A stretch of DNA of 64,000 nucleotides from Candidatus Poribacteria bacterium (GTDB taxonomy: Bacteria > Poribacteria > WGA-4E > WGA-3G): the NCBI GenBank assembly GCA_965205025.1, contig CBDBFU010000032.1, forward strand, positions 160,001-224,000, given 5' to 3'. Below are positions 30,046 to 39,800 of this stretch, in pieces. How positions within the stretch are numbered: the first letter of the stretch is position 1; every line of letters starts with the position of its first letter. A program made the position numbers and the translations under genes. A model generated the notes under the pieces. It ran no database searches and had not been told where the DNA came from. It saw nothing but the letters and a program-made list of their open reading frames with translations.

Positions 30046-30882
30046 TTAGGAAGGGAGTGTGACATGTGCCGTGATGTGGGGTGGCAACATAATTGGACGT
30101 TTAGATGTCGCTACCTCTTTTTGTATCCGTTCTGCAAGTGTATCAACACCTACCTGTTCAGCAGTAGCAATTTCATATTTCTCTATTAGTGGAAGGATAC
30201 TTTTGAAACTGTTTTCAAGGTAGTCAAAACCAGGCCAGTCTGCGGGACCACCCATAGGTGCTTCAAAATGTAGTATTGGTTCCGGTAAACCGGCATCCAC
30301 AAATGCCTTATAGAGGTCCATCCCCATTTCAGTATGAGCACCAGATTTTTCAAACACAGTACGTCCCCATTCTACAAGATTATTGATCAATGGTGTATCT
30401 GGATGAATGGCAGCAGTATACGGCGAAAATTCAGCCTCTTGAAATGCAACTATTCCACCCGGTTTCACAAGTGTAATTATATACTTGAGTGCTTCTGCCG
30501 GATCAGCCATATACATAAGAACAAGTCTACCAGCAACAGCATCAAAATCATCTGGAAGGTCAAGTGTTCGGATATCACCAGCAATAAATTCTATGTTCTT
30601 ATATCCTTCTGCATCAGCACGCATTCTTGCAGTTTCCAATATATCTGGGTTTACATCTACACCAATTACACTTCCTTCTTCCCCAACGAAATCTGCAAGT
30701 GTAATAGCTACATCTCCAGCACCACTTCCCACGTCAAGAACTTTCATTCCGTTAGTTATACCACTTCTTAGAAAGAATCGACGGGTGACATTATCATAAA
30801 GTTGTGATTGTTTTATGAGTCGGTCTGTTTCGGATTCAGTACGACCCATTGTATATTCAGCATCTCTTGTTTGATTAGTCAT
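30046..30882 (-). CDS. Class I SAM-dependent methyltransferase (tandem paralog)
   Basis: VLDVGSGAGDV, FDAVAGRLVLMY, VKPGGIVAFQE. Confidence 0.88.
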   Translation of the reverse strand: MTNQTRDAEYTMGRTESETDRLIKQSQLYDNVTRRFFLRSGITNGMKVLDVGSGAGDVAITLADFVGEEGSVIGVDVNPDILETARMRADAEGYKNIEFIAGDIRTLDLPDDFDAVAGRLVLMYMADPAEALKYIITLVKPGGIVAFQEAEFSPYTAAIHPDTPLINNLVEWGRTVFEKSGAHTEMGMDLYKAFVDAGLPEPILHFEAPMGGPADWPGFDYLENSFKSILPLIEKYEIATAEQVGVDTLAERIQKEVATSKRPIMLPPHITAHVTLPS

Positions 30883-31271
30883 ATTGTATAAGTCCTTTCT
30901 ACATTAAAATAAAATAAATGAAATATAAAAATAAACTTAGGTTGACATCTTCTAATATGATTCATAAATATATAATTTTCAAAAATGTCAGTTTTAAGAC
31001 GAATTAACTATAACATTTTCACGCTTAGATTTCCATATTTCTATCAGGTTTCAAGTGAAAATAATTATATGAGCTGTGTAATACTACTATAGTTTAGACA
31101 ATATCAGGTTCAACATTTAGAACATTGTTCACTCCTAATGAAAAACCAATATTATCTCCCTTATAATTTGGAATCATTGTGATTACAACATGTCTTAAAA
31201 AGAGGAAGGCGTGTGTTATCTGCTATTGAAAACAGCTAACTTACACGCCTACCAAAGTTTAGGTTACATAT

Positions 31272-33848
31272 TTAGAAACTATAGCCAACCTTAGCGTACC
31301 AGAATGCACCATCAAATCCGAAAGGACTAAATTGACCATATTTGTTTCCGATATCTGGTTCACCTTCGATACGAGGTGGTACATAAGCTGGGTTTTCATC
31401 TGGGTAAGTATCAAAAATGTTGTTACCACCCAATGTCATTGATATACCACTATCAGCTGTATAACTTAGTTCAAGATCAAATATTAACTTGCCAGTGTAT
31501 GTGGCATCATCTTCGGAATCGTACCAGTCACCCCAGTAACCTCCGCGGACCAATACACCGAAATCATCCATAAATGGTTGCACAACTGTCAAACTTGCTC
31601 TCTGTTTTGGCAAGTTCTCTTCTAATTCCTTGATACGTAGGTCATCAAGGGTTACTGGATTATGATCTGTTACTGTTGTAACTGTCCAGTTATACACAGC
31701 AATTACATTTCCTTCCAGGAGTGGTAAGGTAACCACAGCATCAATACCTTGAGTCGTAGTATCAAAGTCATTTGTAAAGAATCGGAATTCTTCTAAGTTT
31801 GCTGCACTGGTAACACCTGCGTCAATTAAATCTTGTTTCTGTTCTTCTTGTAGTGCAAAATCTTGTGAAAGTGACAGACGATCTTTCATACGAATATCAA
31901 AGAAGTCAACAGTAAGATTCACATCAAGAAGTTCTACAGTGAAACCACCCGTAAAGTTATTTGATGTTTCAGGTTCAAGAGGTTTTCCACCAACAAGCTC
32001 AGCAGCAGGGTTTGTAGAAGGGATTGTACCGTTGTTAACCAAATCATTCTTTTCAAAGTTAAATTCAGTTGTAACATTGAAGGTATTTTGCTGTCCAGGA
32101 GTAGGGGCGCGGAAACCGGAACTATAACTACCCCGAAGTTTCATCGTCTCCGTTACACCGAAGTTTGTTGCGACCTTATAATTGAGTGTAGAACCAAAAT
32201 CTTCAAAATCTTCACCGCGAACAGCAAGAGCAACAAGCCAGTTATCTATAGGTCTAACTTCACTCTCAACATAAGCAGCGACATTTGCTCGATCCCATGT
32301 TCCAGCTGCGATAGGACTGAAACCTGAGAAACCATTAGAAGCAGCTGTGAAGCCTTGTGCAGCCAATGGTCCAATTTGATAGGACTCTCTTTGTCCTTCA
32401 ACAACTTCAAATCCTTCATTACGATATTCTAATCCTGATGCGAGGAATATCATATCGTTTAATGGATATGTGACATCAAAGTTAAGGTTATAATCGGTTT
32501 GGATGTAATCACCAGGATTAAATGAAGTTGGTGTATCTGGTCCGAGTGATGCATTCACAGTATTGAAGATAAAGAAATCTGCATCATTTCGACCAAAATA
32601 TCCACTCAGATCCCAAGTTAATGGATTACCTAAGGATTCTTCAAAGGCAGTTCCTTTAATACCAATCAGCACTGAACTATCAACCATGTTTGCCCCGAAT
32701 CTTGGTGTGAAGCCGCCGGGAAACATCTCTTGGAAAGTGAATAAATTTGGATCCCTGAATACTTCTTGAAGACCTGCTTCATCTGGGACATGATTAACAA
32801 TGGGAACGTCATCTTCTGTTTGATCAACACCCTCTGCTAATCCAGATAAATTACCAACCAGTAATGTCTCTCCACTGTCTGTACTGAAGACACCACTCCG
32901 AGTATTAGGATTACGGAAATAGAATCCACCTTCCACACGTTTGCTTGCGTAGTTTGCATGTCCGTAGAAATCAATTGTTTCAGTGATTTCACTGCCAAAG
33001 TTTCCAAAGAACTTGAAATCGTCTTCAACGATCGGTTGTCCCCAAATTTGTGCAGGATCTCTAACATTTAGATTTCCAGCATCCACCAAGGCTTGTGCAT
33101 CAAACCTTTGTATAGACCGTATCGTAGGATCAGCCCCACCATATTCAACACTGAGATTCGCCCAGGTTTCTGGTGTTCCTAATCCTATGTTTCCAGCAAG
33201 AGCAAACTGACGACCATCACCATATTGATAAATTCCGGGTTTAAATTCAACACTCCCACCTTGGTAATCATCTTTAAGTTGGAAGTTCATAACACCCGCA
33301 ATTGCATCTGAACCGTATTGAGCAGATGCACCATCACGTAACACTTCAACCTGCCGAAGAGCAATGGAAGGAATAGGTGCTAAATCTGGACCTTGTGCAC
33401 CATCAGCTAACCCATTACCTAACCAATGGATAACCGCAGCACGGTGACGACGTTTATTGTTAACTAACACAAGCGTATGATCTGGTGCTAACCCACGTAA
33501 ATTCGCAGGTCTTACAACAGTACCCGCATCACTGATAGGTTGTGTATTTACATTATAGGATGGTACAAGAGTTCTTAGTAGGTTCGGTAAATCTGCACCG
33601 CCCTGTTTTTGAAAATCCTCTTTGGATACAATATCAATTGGTACAGCAGATTCAAGGACAGAACGAGGTTTAGCGCGCGTACCAACGACAACTACACTTT
33701 CAAGTTCAGCAACATCTTCCTCAGATGCTGTTTCCATTGATTCCTCTTCTGCTTCTTGGGCAATTACGGTAGATGTATAAACTAATGAAACCGCAAAAGC
33801 AATAAAGAGTGTAAGTAAAATCGTCTTTATAATTCGTTTTCCTTTCAT
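31272..33848 (-). CDS. TonB-dependent outer membrane receptor
   Basis: Signal peptide from MKGKR, ESVVVVGTR, plug (NLRGLAPDHTLVLVNNKR, EVLRDGASAQYGSDAIAGV), NNIFD, C-terminal GYSF. Confidence 0.92.
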   Translation of the reverse strand: MKGKRIIKTILLTLFIAFAVSLVYTSTVIAQEAEEESMETASEEDVAELESVVVVGTRAKPRSVLESAVPIDIVSKEDFQKQGGADLPNLLRTLVPSYNVNTQPISDAGTVVRPANLRGLAPDHTLVLVNNKRRHRAAVIHWLGNGLADGAQGPDLAPIPSIALRQVEVLRDGASAQYGSDAIAGVMNFQLKDDYQGGSVEFKPGIYQYGDGRQFALAGNIGLGTPETWANLSVEYGGADPTIRSIQRFDAQALVDAGNLNVRDPAQIWGQPIVEDDFKFFGNFGSEITETIDFYGHANYASKRVEGGFYFRNPNTRSGVFSTDSGETLLVGNLSGLAEGVDQTEDDVPIVNHVPDEAGLQEVFRDPNLFTFQEMFPGGFTPRFGANMVDSSVLIGIKGTAFEESLGNPLTWDLSGYFGRNDADFFIFNTVNASLGPDTPTSFNPGDYIQTDYNLNFDVTYPLNDMIFLASGLEYRNEGFEVVEGQRESYQIGPLAAQGFTAASNGFSGFSPIAAGTWDRANVAAYVESEVRPIDNWLVALAVRGEDFEDFGSTLNYKVATNFGVTETMKLRGSYSSGFRAPTPGQQNTFNVTTEFNFEKNDLVNNGTIPSTNPAAELVGGKPLEPETSNNFTGGFTVELLDVNLTVDFFDIRMKDRLSLSQDFALQEEQKQDLIDAGVTSAANLEEFRFFTNDFDTTTQGIDAVVTLPLLEGNVIAVYNWTVTTVTDHNPVTLDDLRIKELEENLPKQRASLTVVQPFMDDFGVLVRGGYWGDWYDSEDDATYTGKLIFDLELSYTADSGISMTLGGNNIFDTYPDENPAYVPPRIEGEPDIGNKYGQFSPFGFDGAFWYAKVGYSF

Positions 33849-33997
33849 AGAAGAATTAGACTCCTTAGATAATTTCTTGAAAGTCGTTATAAGATTCACA
33901 ACTATAAACGATTCAAGTTTAACTATTTGTTGTATAAACATTACATTTATTTTAGACATAAAATAAGAATTTAAGTTTAATGAATTCTATGTTCAAT

Positions 33998-34039
33998 TAC
34001 AAAGGTAATTGATTCATATACAAAGGTAATTGATTCATA
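33998..34039. repeat. Perfect 21-bp tandem duplication
   Basis: TACAAAGGTAATTGATTCATA x2 in the divergent intergenic region. Confidence 0.9.
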
Positions 34040-34196
34040 CTTTACCTATCCAAACGAGAGTATAGCATAGTTTCACTTGAAATCAAGCGAAAAAACTGAT
34101 ATTCTGAAGGGAAGATCCACTATACCACAAAATTGGCTTTTGTGTTAGGATTAATTCTTACACTATGTACTTACAGTTTTATTCCAGGAATCGATC

Positions 34197-36722
34197 ATGA
34201 CACTGCAGACTAATTCATTGGTGAAAAAATCTTGGATTAGCTCGTATATATCCATTGTCAACGTTTTTTGTATAATACTAATATCTAATGTTGTATACGC
34301 AAATGAAATACCACTTGTAATCTCAAACACCCCTCATGCAACAATTCAAATCGGTGCTAAAGCTTCTAATCAAGAACAATTTGCAGCCTCAGAGATACAA
34401 GCATTTATACAAAAGGTAACTGGAACCCGACTTAAAATACGAACCAACCAAGAAGCTACTGAAACTCCCACAGTAATTGTTCTGGGCACACCCACTACCA
34501 ATCCTACCATTCCATCTCTTCAATTAGATGGAGATTTTGCAATTTCCAATGAATTGGATGAGGAAGGATACCAGTTAAAATCTATTGACCTTGGTACAGA
34601 AGTTGTAATTATAATAGTTTCACCTTCATCCCGGGGGGTAATATATGGCACTTACGAATTTATTGAAGCATGTATAACTGCATTAACTGGTTTACAATCC
34701 GTTCATCCAGATTTACATGTTCACCCCGAGGATACACTGAGAATTCCATTTCTTGATGTAATTTCTCAACCATTTTTTCCAGTACGAGCAGTATTAGAAA
34801 TTGATGATCCAAACTGGCTTGCCAGACACCGTGTGAATATGAGTGGTGGTGAAGGAGTTTGGACAGGTACAGGAATAGAAGATGGGTTTGGTACAGCATT
34901 TAAATACGTAGATACACCTGAATTCTCAACGCTTCAAGACGAACCTCGCAACCAACGTCTACAACGAATAGAATCCCTGCAAAACCGATTTGATGAATTA
35001 CAAAAACGCGGTATTGACGCTTACCTATTTATGTATTTAACGGGTGAACCAACGGAAGCACTCATTGAAACCCGTCCAGACTTGTTGGGACCTGAAGTTC
35101 TATATGGTGCATCTCGTAATGAAGTATCGTATCGACCGTTCTGCTGGTCAAAACCAGAATTTCATACATTAGCACGGAAATTAACTAAAGAAATAATTAG
35201 AACCTACCCAAGTTTAGCAGGATTTCACTTGCGATCCTGGGGACATGAAACACGGGCATGTAATTGTCCAGAATGTGGAGATCGAACCCCACAAGGTCAA
35301 GCAAAACTATGGGATGTATACTTCACTATTATTAAGGCAGCACGAGAAGTAAATCCCAATTTTAAATTCTATTTAAGCGGCTATGACAGTAGTTGGTTGC
35401 AAGATCCTGATGGTAGGTATGCCAGACAATTACCAAAAGGTACGATTTTCTCACAGAAATGGGGGGCAGATGGTGAACCAGTCGTTGATCCTGATATCTC
35501 AATTAACCAAATGAATGCCCTCGGGGACATGGGACATCAGTACATTGTCTTATCTCACGATGTTGAGGAGGTAATGCCTTTTTGGATGCTTGAAAGTGAT
35601 CTGTTCGTACAAGGTGTTCGAAAACTTGCACACACACCTAATGTTAGCGGATTAAGCGGATTTACTATACAGGGGGCAACCCAAGGGTTAGGTTATCTTG
35701 ATCGTCTTGTCAGTGCTGGATTAAATTGGAATATACAACTTGATACACAACAATTATTACAGAATGAGTTAATTGCACGTTATGGGAATAAAGAATCAGC
35801 AGACCTTATCATGAGTGCATTACGTATTAACAGTTGGACATTAGCAAGTTATTTCTCGGATTATGCATACTCTCTTACAATAGGAGGCAGTTATGGCAGT
35901 GGTTCAGCAGGTTTAGCAACACGTTTTTGGAATTTAATCGGTCCAAAGGCAATTGAGAATACACTCTTAATTCCTGAATTAAAAATCGCACAAACCGCAG
36001 TAAACCGTTTCACAGCATTATTAGCACCACAGTTACGGGCTGCTAATGAAATGTCAATAGCTAATGAAATCGCTTCACCTGTAGATTTAGAAGCCGCACA
36101 GGATTTGATGGACTCAGTTCATTTAATGAGAATATGGGAATTATTATTCCAAAGTCGACAAAAACTGGTTGAAGCAATTGCACTTGGGTATGAAGTAAAT
36201 ACTGGAACTGCTATTAACGCGAAACTTTCAAGTGCTGGTGAGTTTTCAAAATCCATACAACCTTTGATTAAACAAATTAATGAGTTCGTTCCGTTGTTCG
36301 GTTATTCCCATCAGACGAATGAGTTTGAATTAGTGAAGATTCTACAAGAAGAAGTGGAATGGCTAAACATTTATGATTACCGAACCTTACAACAGCATGA
36401 TGAGAGTTTTTCCCCAGAACAAACTGAATTCCTTATCAGAGAAGTACATAATTATCCTAATCCTCTCAAAAGAGAAACTACTTTTACCTATATATTAAGT
36501 CTTGATGCGGATGAGGTACAGATTACGATTTATACAGCCTCAGGTCGACGAATTCAAGTATTAAAAGAAATATCGGGGAAAGAAGGATACAATGAAGAAG
36601 TATGGAACGCACAAGATGCAGAAGGTAACCAATTGGCAAATGGAGTTTATTTCTACAAAATTCGGGCTGTGCTTGATGACGAAATAGTCGAGAGTATTCA
36701 CAAGTTAGCAGTAATTAGATAG
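34197..36722 (+). CDS. Secreted glycoside-hydrolase-like protein with T9SS-type/FlgD-Ig C-terminal domain
   Basis: GH20/GH67-type N-terminal domain (AASEIQAFIQKVTG, EEGYQL, RGVIYGTYEF); C-terminal NYPNP...LANGVYFYKI. Confidence 0.6.
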   Translation: MTLQTNSLVKKSWISSYISIVNVFCIILISNVVYANEIPLVISNTPHATIQIGAKASNQEQFAASEIQAFIQKVTGTRLKIRTNQEATETPTVIVLGTPTTNPTIPSLQLDGDFAISNELDEEGYQLKSIDLGTEVVIIIVSPSSRGVIYGTYEFIEACITALTGLQSVHPDLHVHPEDTLRIPFLDVISQPFFPVRAVLEIDDPNWLARHRVNMSGGEGVWTGTGIEDGFGTAFKYVDTPEFSTLQDEPRNQRLQRIESLQNRFDELQKRGIDAYLFMYLTGEPTEALIETRPDLLGPEVLYGASRNEVSYRPFCWSKPEFHTLARKLTKEIIRTYPSLAGFHLRSWGHETRACNCPECGDRTPQGQAKLWDVYFTIIKAAREVNPNFKFYLSGYDSSWLQDPDGRYARQLPKGTIFSQKWGADGEPVVDPDISINQMNALGDMGHQYIVLSHDVEEVMPFWMLESDLFVQGVRKLAHTPNVSGLSGFTIQGATQGLGYLDRLVSAGLNWNIQLDTQQLLQNELIARYGNKESADLIMSALRINSWTLASYFSDYAYSLTIGGSYGSGSAGLATRFWNLIGPKAIENTLLIPELKIAQTAVNRFTALLAPQLRAANEMSIANEIASPVDLEAAQDLMDSVHLMRIWELLFQSRQKLVEAIALGYEVNTGTAINAKLSSAGEFSKSIQPLIKQINEFVPLFGYSHQTNEFELVKILQEEVEWLNIYDYRTLQQHDESFSPEQTEFLIREVHNYPNPLKRETTFTYILSLDADEVQITIYTASGRRIQVLKEISGKEGYNEEVWNAQDAEGNQLANGVYFYKIRAVLDDEIVESIHKLAVIR

Positions 36723-36725
36723 ATG

Positions 36726-37829
36726 CTATGAACTTGACTTTAACCCACTACCTGTCAAAATTGAGACTGTTAAATCCTCCTCACTGATAATTCCTTCATG
36801 CTTAAACTTATCATAAGCCTTAATTACAACAGCTGAAGTAGGTTCGACATATAATCCCTTTCCTGCGAGTATCTTCATTCCTTCTTCAATCTGGTCATCA
36901 TCAACTGTGGTAAAAGCACCGTTTGTGTAGTGAATAGCATCAATCAACATATGTGTTCGAATTGGAAGTTCAGATGTAATACCTTCTGCAAGTGTTGTAC
37001 CAGTTTGAGCTATTCTTGAAATCTTGGTAGATCTATTATGGTATGCATGATAAATCGGAGAGCAGACAGTAGGTTGTACACCGAGTAATTGAGGTACAGA
37101 TTGAATCTTACCCATCTGATATAGTTCACGATAACCAAGATATAATCCCAGATATATACTTCCAAAACCAACAGGACAGATAATATGTATTGGAACACGG
37201 TCATATAACTGTTCCGATATTTCGTATGCTAAGGTTTTCATCCCTTCCAAGAAAAAGGGATGCCAATTGTGAGAAGCATAAGGTATGGTTTCTGCTGCTT
37301 GTTTTACCGCCTCAGTTGTTGCCATCCGGTTCCCGGAGACCAGTTTCAATTCCGCACCATACGCTGATATCTGTCTCAATTTGCTTTTTGATGTTGATTC
37401 TGGACAGTAAATGGTACATTTTATACATGCCCTGGTACTATATGCTGCAATTGATGCCCCTGCATTTCCAGATGAATCTTCAACTACCTCTGTAACACCC
37501 AAGGATTTGAAATGTGTCAATAAGACGGATGCCCCTCTATCTTTATATGATCCAGTTGGACAGAGATAGTCTAATTTGACATAGTGATGAGGGTTATCCG
37601 ATGGTGTTAGTTCAACCAGCGGTGTCATTCCTTCAGCAAGCGTAACAAGATCAGAATCGTAAGAAATTGGTAAATGCCGTCTATACCGCCATAACGAATT
37701 TATGGATGTATCGTAATCAAACTGCTTGGAAGTGTCAGACATCAAGTTAAGTGGAGCACCACAATCACATTTATACCGGAGTGGGGACAATTGGTAGCTA
37801 TTTTGGCATTCGTGACATATATATCGCAT
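36726..37829 (-). CDS. thrC: Threonine synthase-like PLP-dependent enzyme
   Basis: N-terminal CxxC/CxC, LAEGMTPL, KLDYLCPTGSYKDRG, SSGNAG, VEPTSA, LTGSGLK. Confidence 0.7.
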   Translation of the reverse strand: MRYICHECQNSYQLSPLRYKCDCGAPLNLMSDTSKQFDYDTSINSLWRYRRHLPISYDSDLVTLAEGMTPLVELTPSDNPHHYVKLDYLCPTGSYKDRGASVLLTHFKSLGVTEVVEDSSGNAGASIAAYSTRACIKCTIYCPESTSKSKLRQISAYGAELKLVSGNRMATTEAVKQAAETIPYASHNWHPFFLEGMKTLAYEISEQLYDRVPIHIICPVGFGSIYLGLYLGYRELYQMGKIQSVPQLLGVQPTVCSPIYHAYHNRSTKISRIAQTGTTLAEGITSELPIRTHMLIDAIHYTNGAFTTVDDDQIEEGMKILAGKGLYVEPTSAVVIKAYDKFKHEGIISEEDLTVSILTGSGLKSSS

Positions 37830-37873
37830 AAAATGTATTTTGAATGCTGGTTTGATGTTGTCAAAAAATAGAA

Positions 37874-39700
37874 CTACTTAATGATAATCATGCGTCGGGT
37901 TTGCTGGAAGGACTTAGTTGTTAATTGATAAAAATATACACCGCTAACAACTCTTTCACCAAATGAATTATTCCCATCCCAATATGCTGCTTTCTCACGA
38001 CTTTGATAAAATCCTGCAGACTGCAACCCGAGTGAAAGTGTCCTAATCTCTCTTCCGGTTGTGTCATAAATCAATATTGATACAGGAGAATCCTCCGATA
38101 TATTATAGGGAATCCATGTTTCTGGATTGAAGGGGTTGGGATAATTCTGTAGTAACAGACTACGCTTTGGACTTCCAATTTCATCAAGATCGACTGTTAA
38201 CAAAGCATCTACCAAATTATCAGGTGTTACAACAAAACTGAACCTTTCAGATACTACATTTCCAGTTATGTCGCTAACCGATATTTCCAATGTATCATCA
38301 ACCTGGACAACACTTCGGAAGGAAAGGTCAGCAGAAGCAGCAGCGAAGTAATTATCACGAACTTGTGCTGTAATGACGGTATTTGTTCGCAAGTTACGGA
38401 CTGTAATTTTATAATCCTCATAGTTCTGCGTGCCTTTCAACTGTCCAGATACAACGAATGCCCACATCTCGCGTGGTATCGTGATTGGTGTTGCAGTGGG
38501 GGCTGCTCCAGTGTGCGTTTGATTTGTCCACCGTGTTCCAACGAAAGTAATCTCACGTTGCTTTGGTACATTGACAATATAACCCTGACCACCTTCAATT
38601 GGGAATCCTTCGTTGGGTGCGATCGGTGTCCACGCAATGAAACGTTGAGTTGCGGCATCAAGTGCTATCACCATTGTCGCACCTGCTATCTCTGCCAGAG
38701 ATTTGGCGGTCATGGGTTTCGCTGGTGCTAAAGGTAAAGATAGCATGTTTAAGCCTTTAGATAGGTGTATAGAGAAAACATTCTCCAAATCCTCTCCGAT
38801 GGGTTGCGTGGTAGGTCTGCCTACGAACCCCAATCTGCGACCATCTGTTGAGTCGTAATACCCGATAATACTCCCATCCTGATTAATATTTCGAACCACA
38901 GTATTAACACTACCTGGGAATCGCAATTCTTGTATTTCTTCCCCTGGTAGGATTATATAGGAACGTTGAATATCGTCTTTAGCTTGAGCTCTGAATACGA
39001 TGACACCGACATCGTTGATAGCGTTCACAAATATGAATTTGAGGTCCGGGGTATCTGGAATGTCTATAGTAATAAAACTCCCATCAGGGTTACGTATAAA
39101 TCCGTGTGGTATGCCATCAGTATCTACGTAACTACCCACGATAACACCCGATGCATTTACAAAGTCAGCGTATGTTTTAACAGCACCAGGAAATGTAATC
39201 GTCAAATCACCTGAAAAACCTCGCGTGACACCTGTTTCATCGACGATGTTACCACTGAGTGCCCCTGTTTTATCACTAATACCAAAGATGAAGGTTTCTA
39301 CTGCCCCAGGAAAATCGTATTGTGTGAGTTCTCCATTTTCCATGATGACACCGTGGTAAAGTTCATCTTTCCCTTTGTAGTGTCCTACAGCTTTTCCAAG
39401 GTTGTCTAATCCATAGAAATTGGTTTTCAGAGAGCCAGGGAAGTCATACGTTGTGAACACGCCATCTATCAGAGTGAAACCGATGACTTTCTCGTCATCA
39501 GGACTTAACGTGTTCCCCGCATAATCCCCATAATCGTTACTTGCAGCAACTTCCAGATAGTTGATACCAGGGACTTCAATCGTTTCAAAGGTGTAATCTG
39601 CAATCAGTGTTTCAGCACAAACTTGTGCTGTGCTGAAACACACAATACAGATAAGTAGAATTATAAACAGTAGAAGTTTCGTTTTTTTATGGTTAATCAT
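37874..39700 (-). CDS. Secreted beta-repeat protein with T9SS-type C-terminal domain
   Basis: Signal peptide, ~6 repeats of FPG...IN..G..VG.Y.D..G..HGF, C-terminal LLQNYPNPFNPETWIPY...SGVYFYQL. Confidence 0.8.
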   Translation of the reverse strand: MINHKKTKLLLFIILLICIVCFSTAQVCAETLIADYTFETIEVPGINYLEVAASNDYGDYAGNTLSPDDEKVIGFTLIDGVFTTYDFPGSLKTNFYGLDNLGKAVGHYKGKDELYHGVIMENGELTQYDFPGAVETFIFGISDKTGALSGNIVDETGVTRGFSGDLTITFPGAVKTYADFVNASGVIVGSYVDTDGIPHGFIRNPDGSFITIDIPDTPDLKFIFVNAINDVGVIVFRAQAKDDIQRSYIILPGEEIQELRFPGSVNTVVRNINQDGSIIGYYDSTDGRRLGFVGRPTTQPIGEDLENVFSIHLSKGLNMLSLPLAPAKPMTAKSLAEIAGATMVIALDAATQRFIAWTPIAPNEGFPIEGGQGYIVNVPKQREITFVGTRWTNQTHTGAAPTATPITIPREMWAFVVSGQLKGTQNYEDYKITVRNLRTNTVITAQVRDNYFAAASADLSFRSVVQVDDTLEISVSDITGNVVSERFSFVVTPDNLVDALLTVDLDEIGSPKRSLLLQNYPNPFNPETWIPYNISEDSPVSILIYDTTGREIRTLSLGLQSAGFYQSREKAAYWDGNNSFGERVVSGVYFYQLTTKSFQQTRRMIIIK

Positions 39701-39800
39701 AACTCTTCCTAATTACCGGCATTCTCATTTGTAAAAACCCGGATTGTCAGTTACAAACTCTTATTATAGATAGAGTAGAGCGTACCTATAGGGATGTTTC

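Noticed and set aside
33850-34190. Cobalamin or TPP riboswitch ahead of the TonB receptor
   Set aside because: No conserved riboswitch boxes recognisable by eye; the region is AT-rich.
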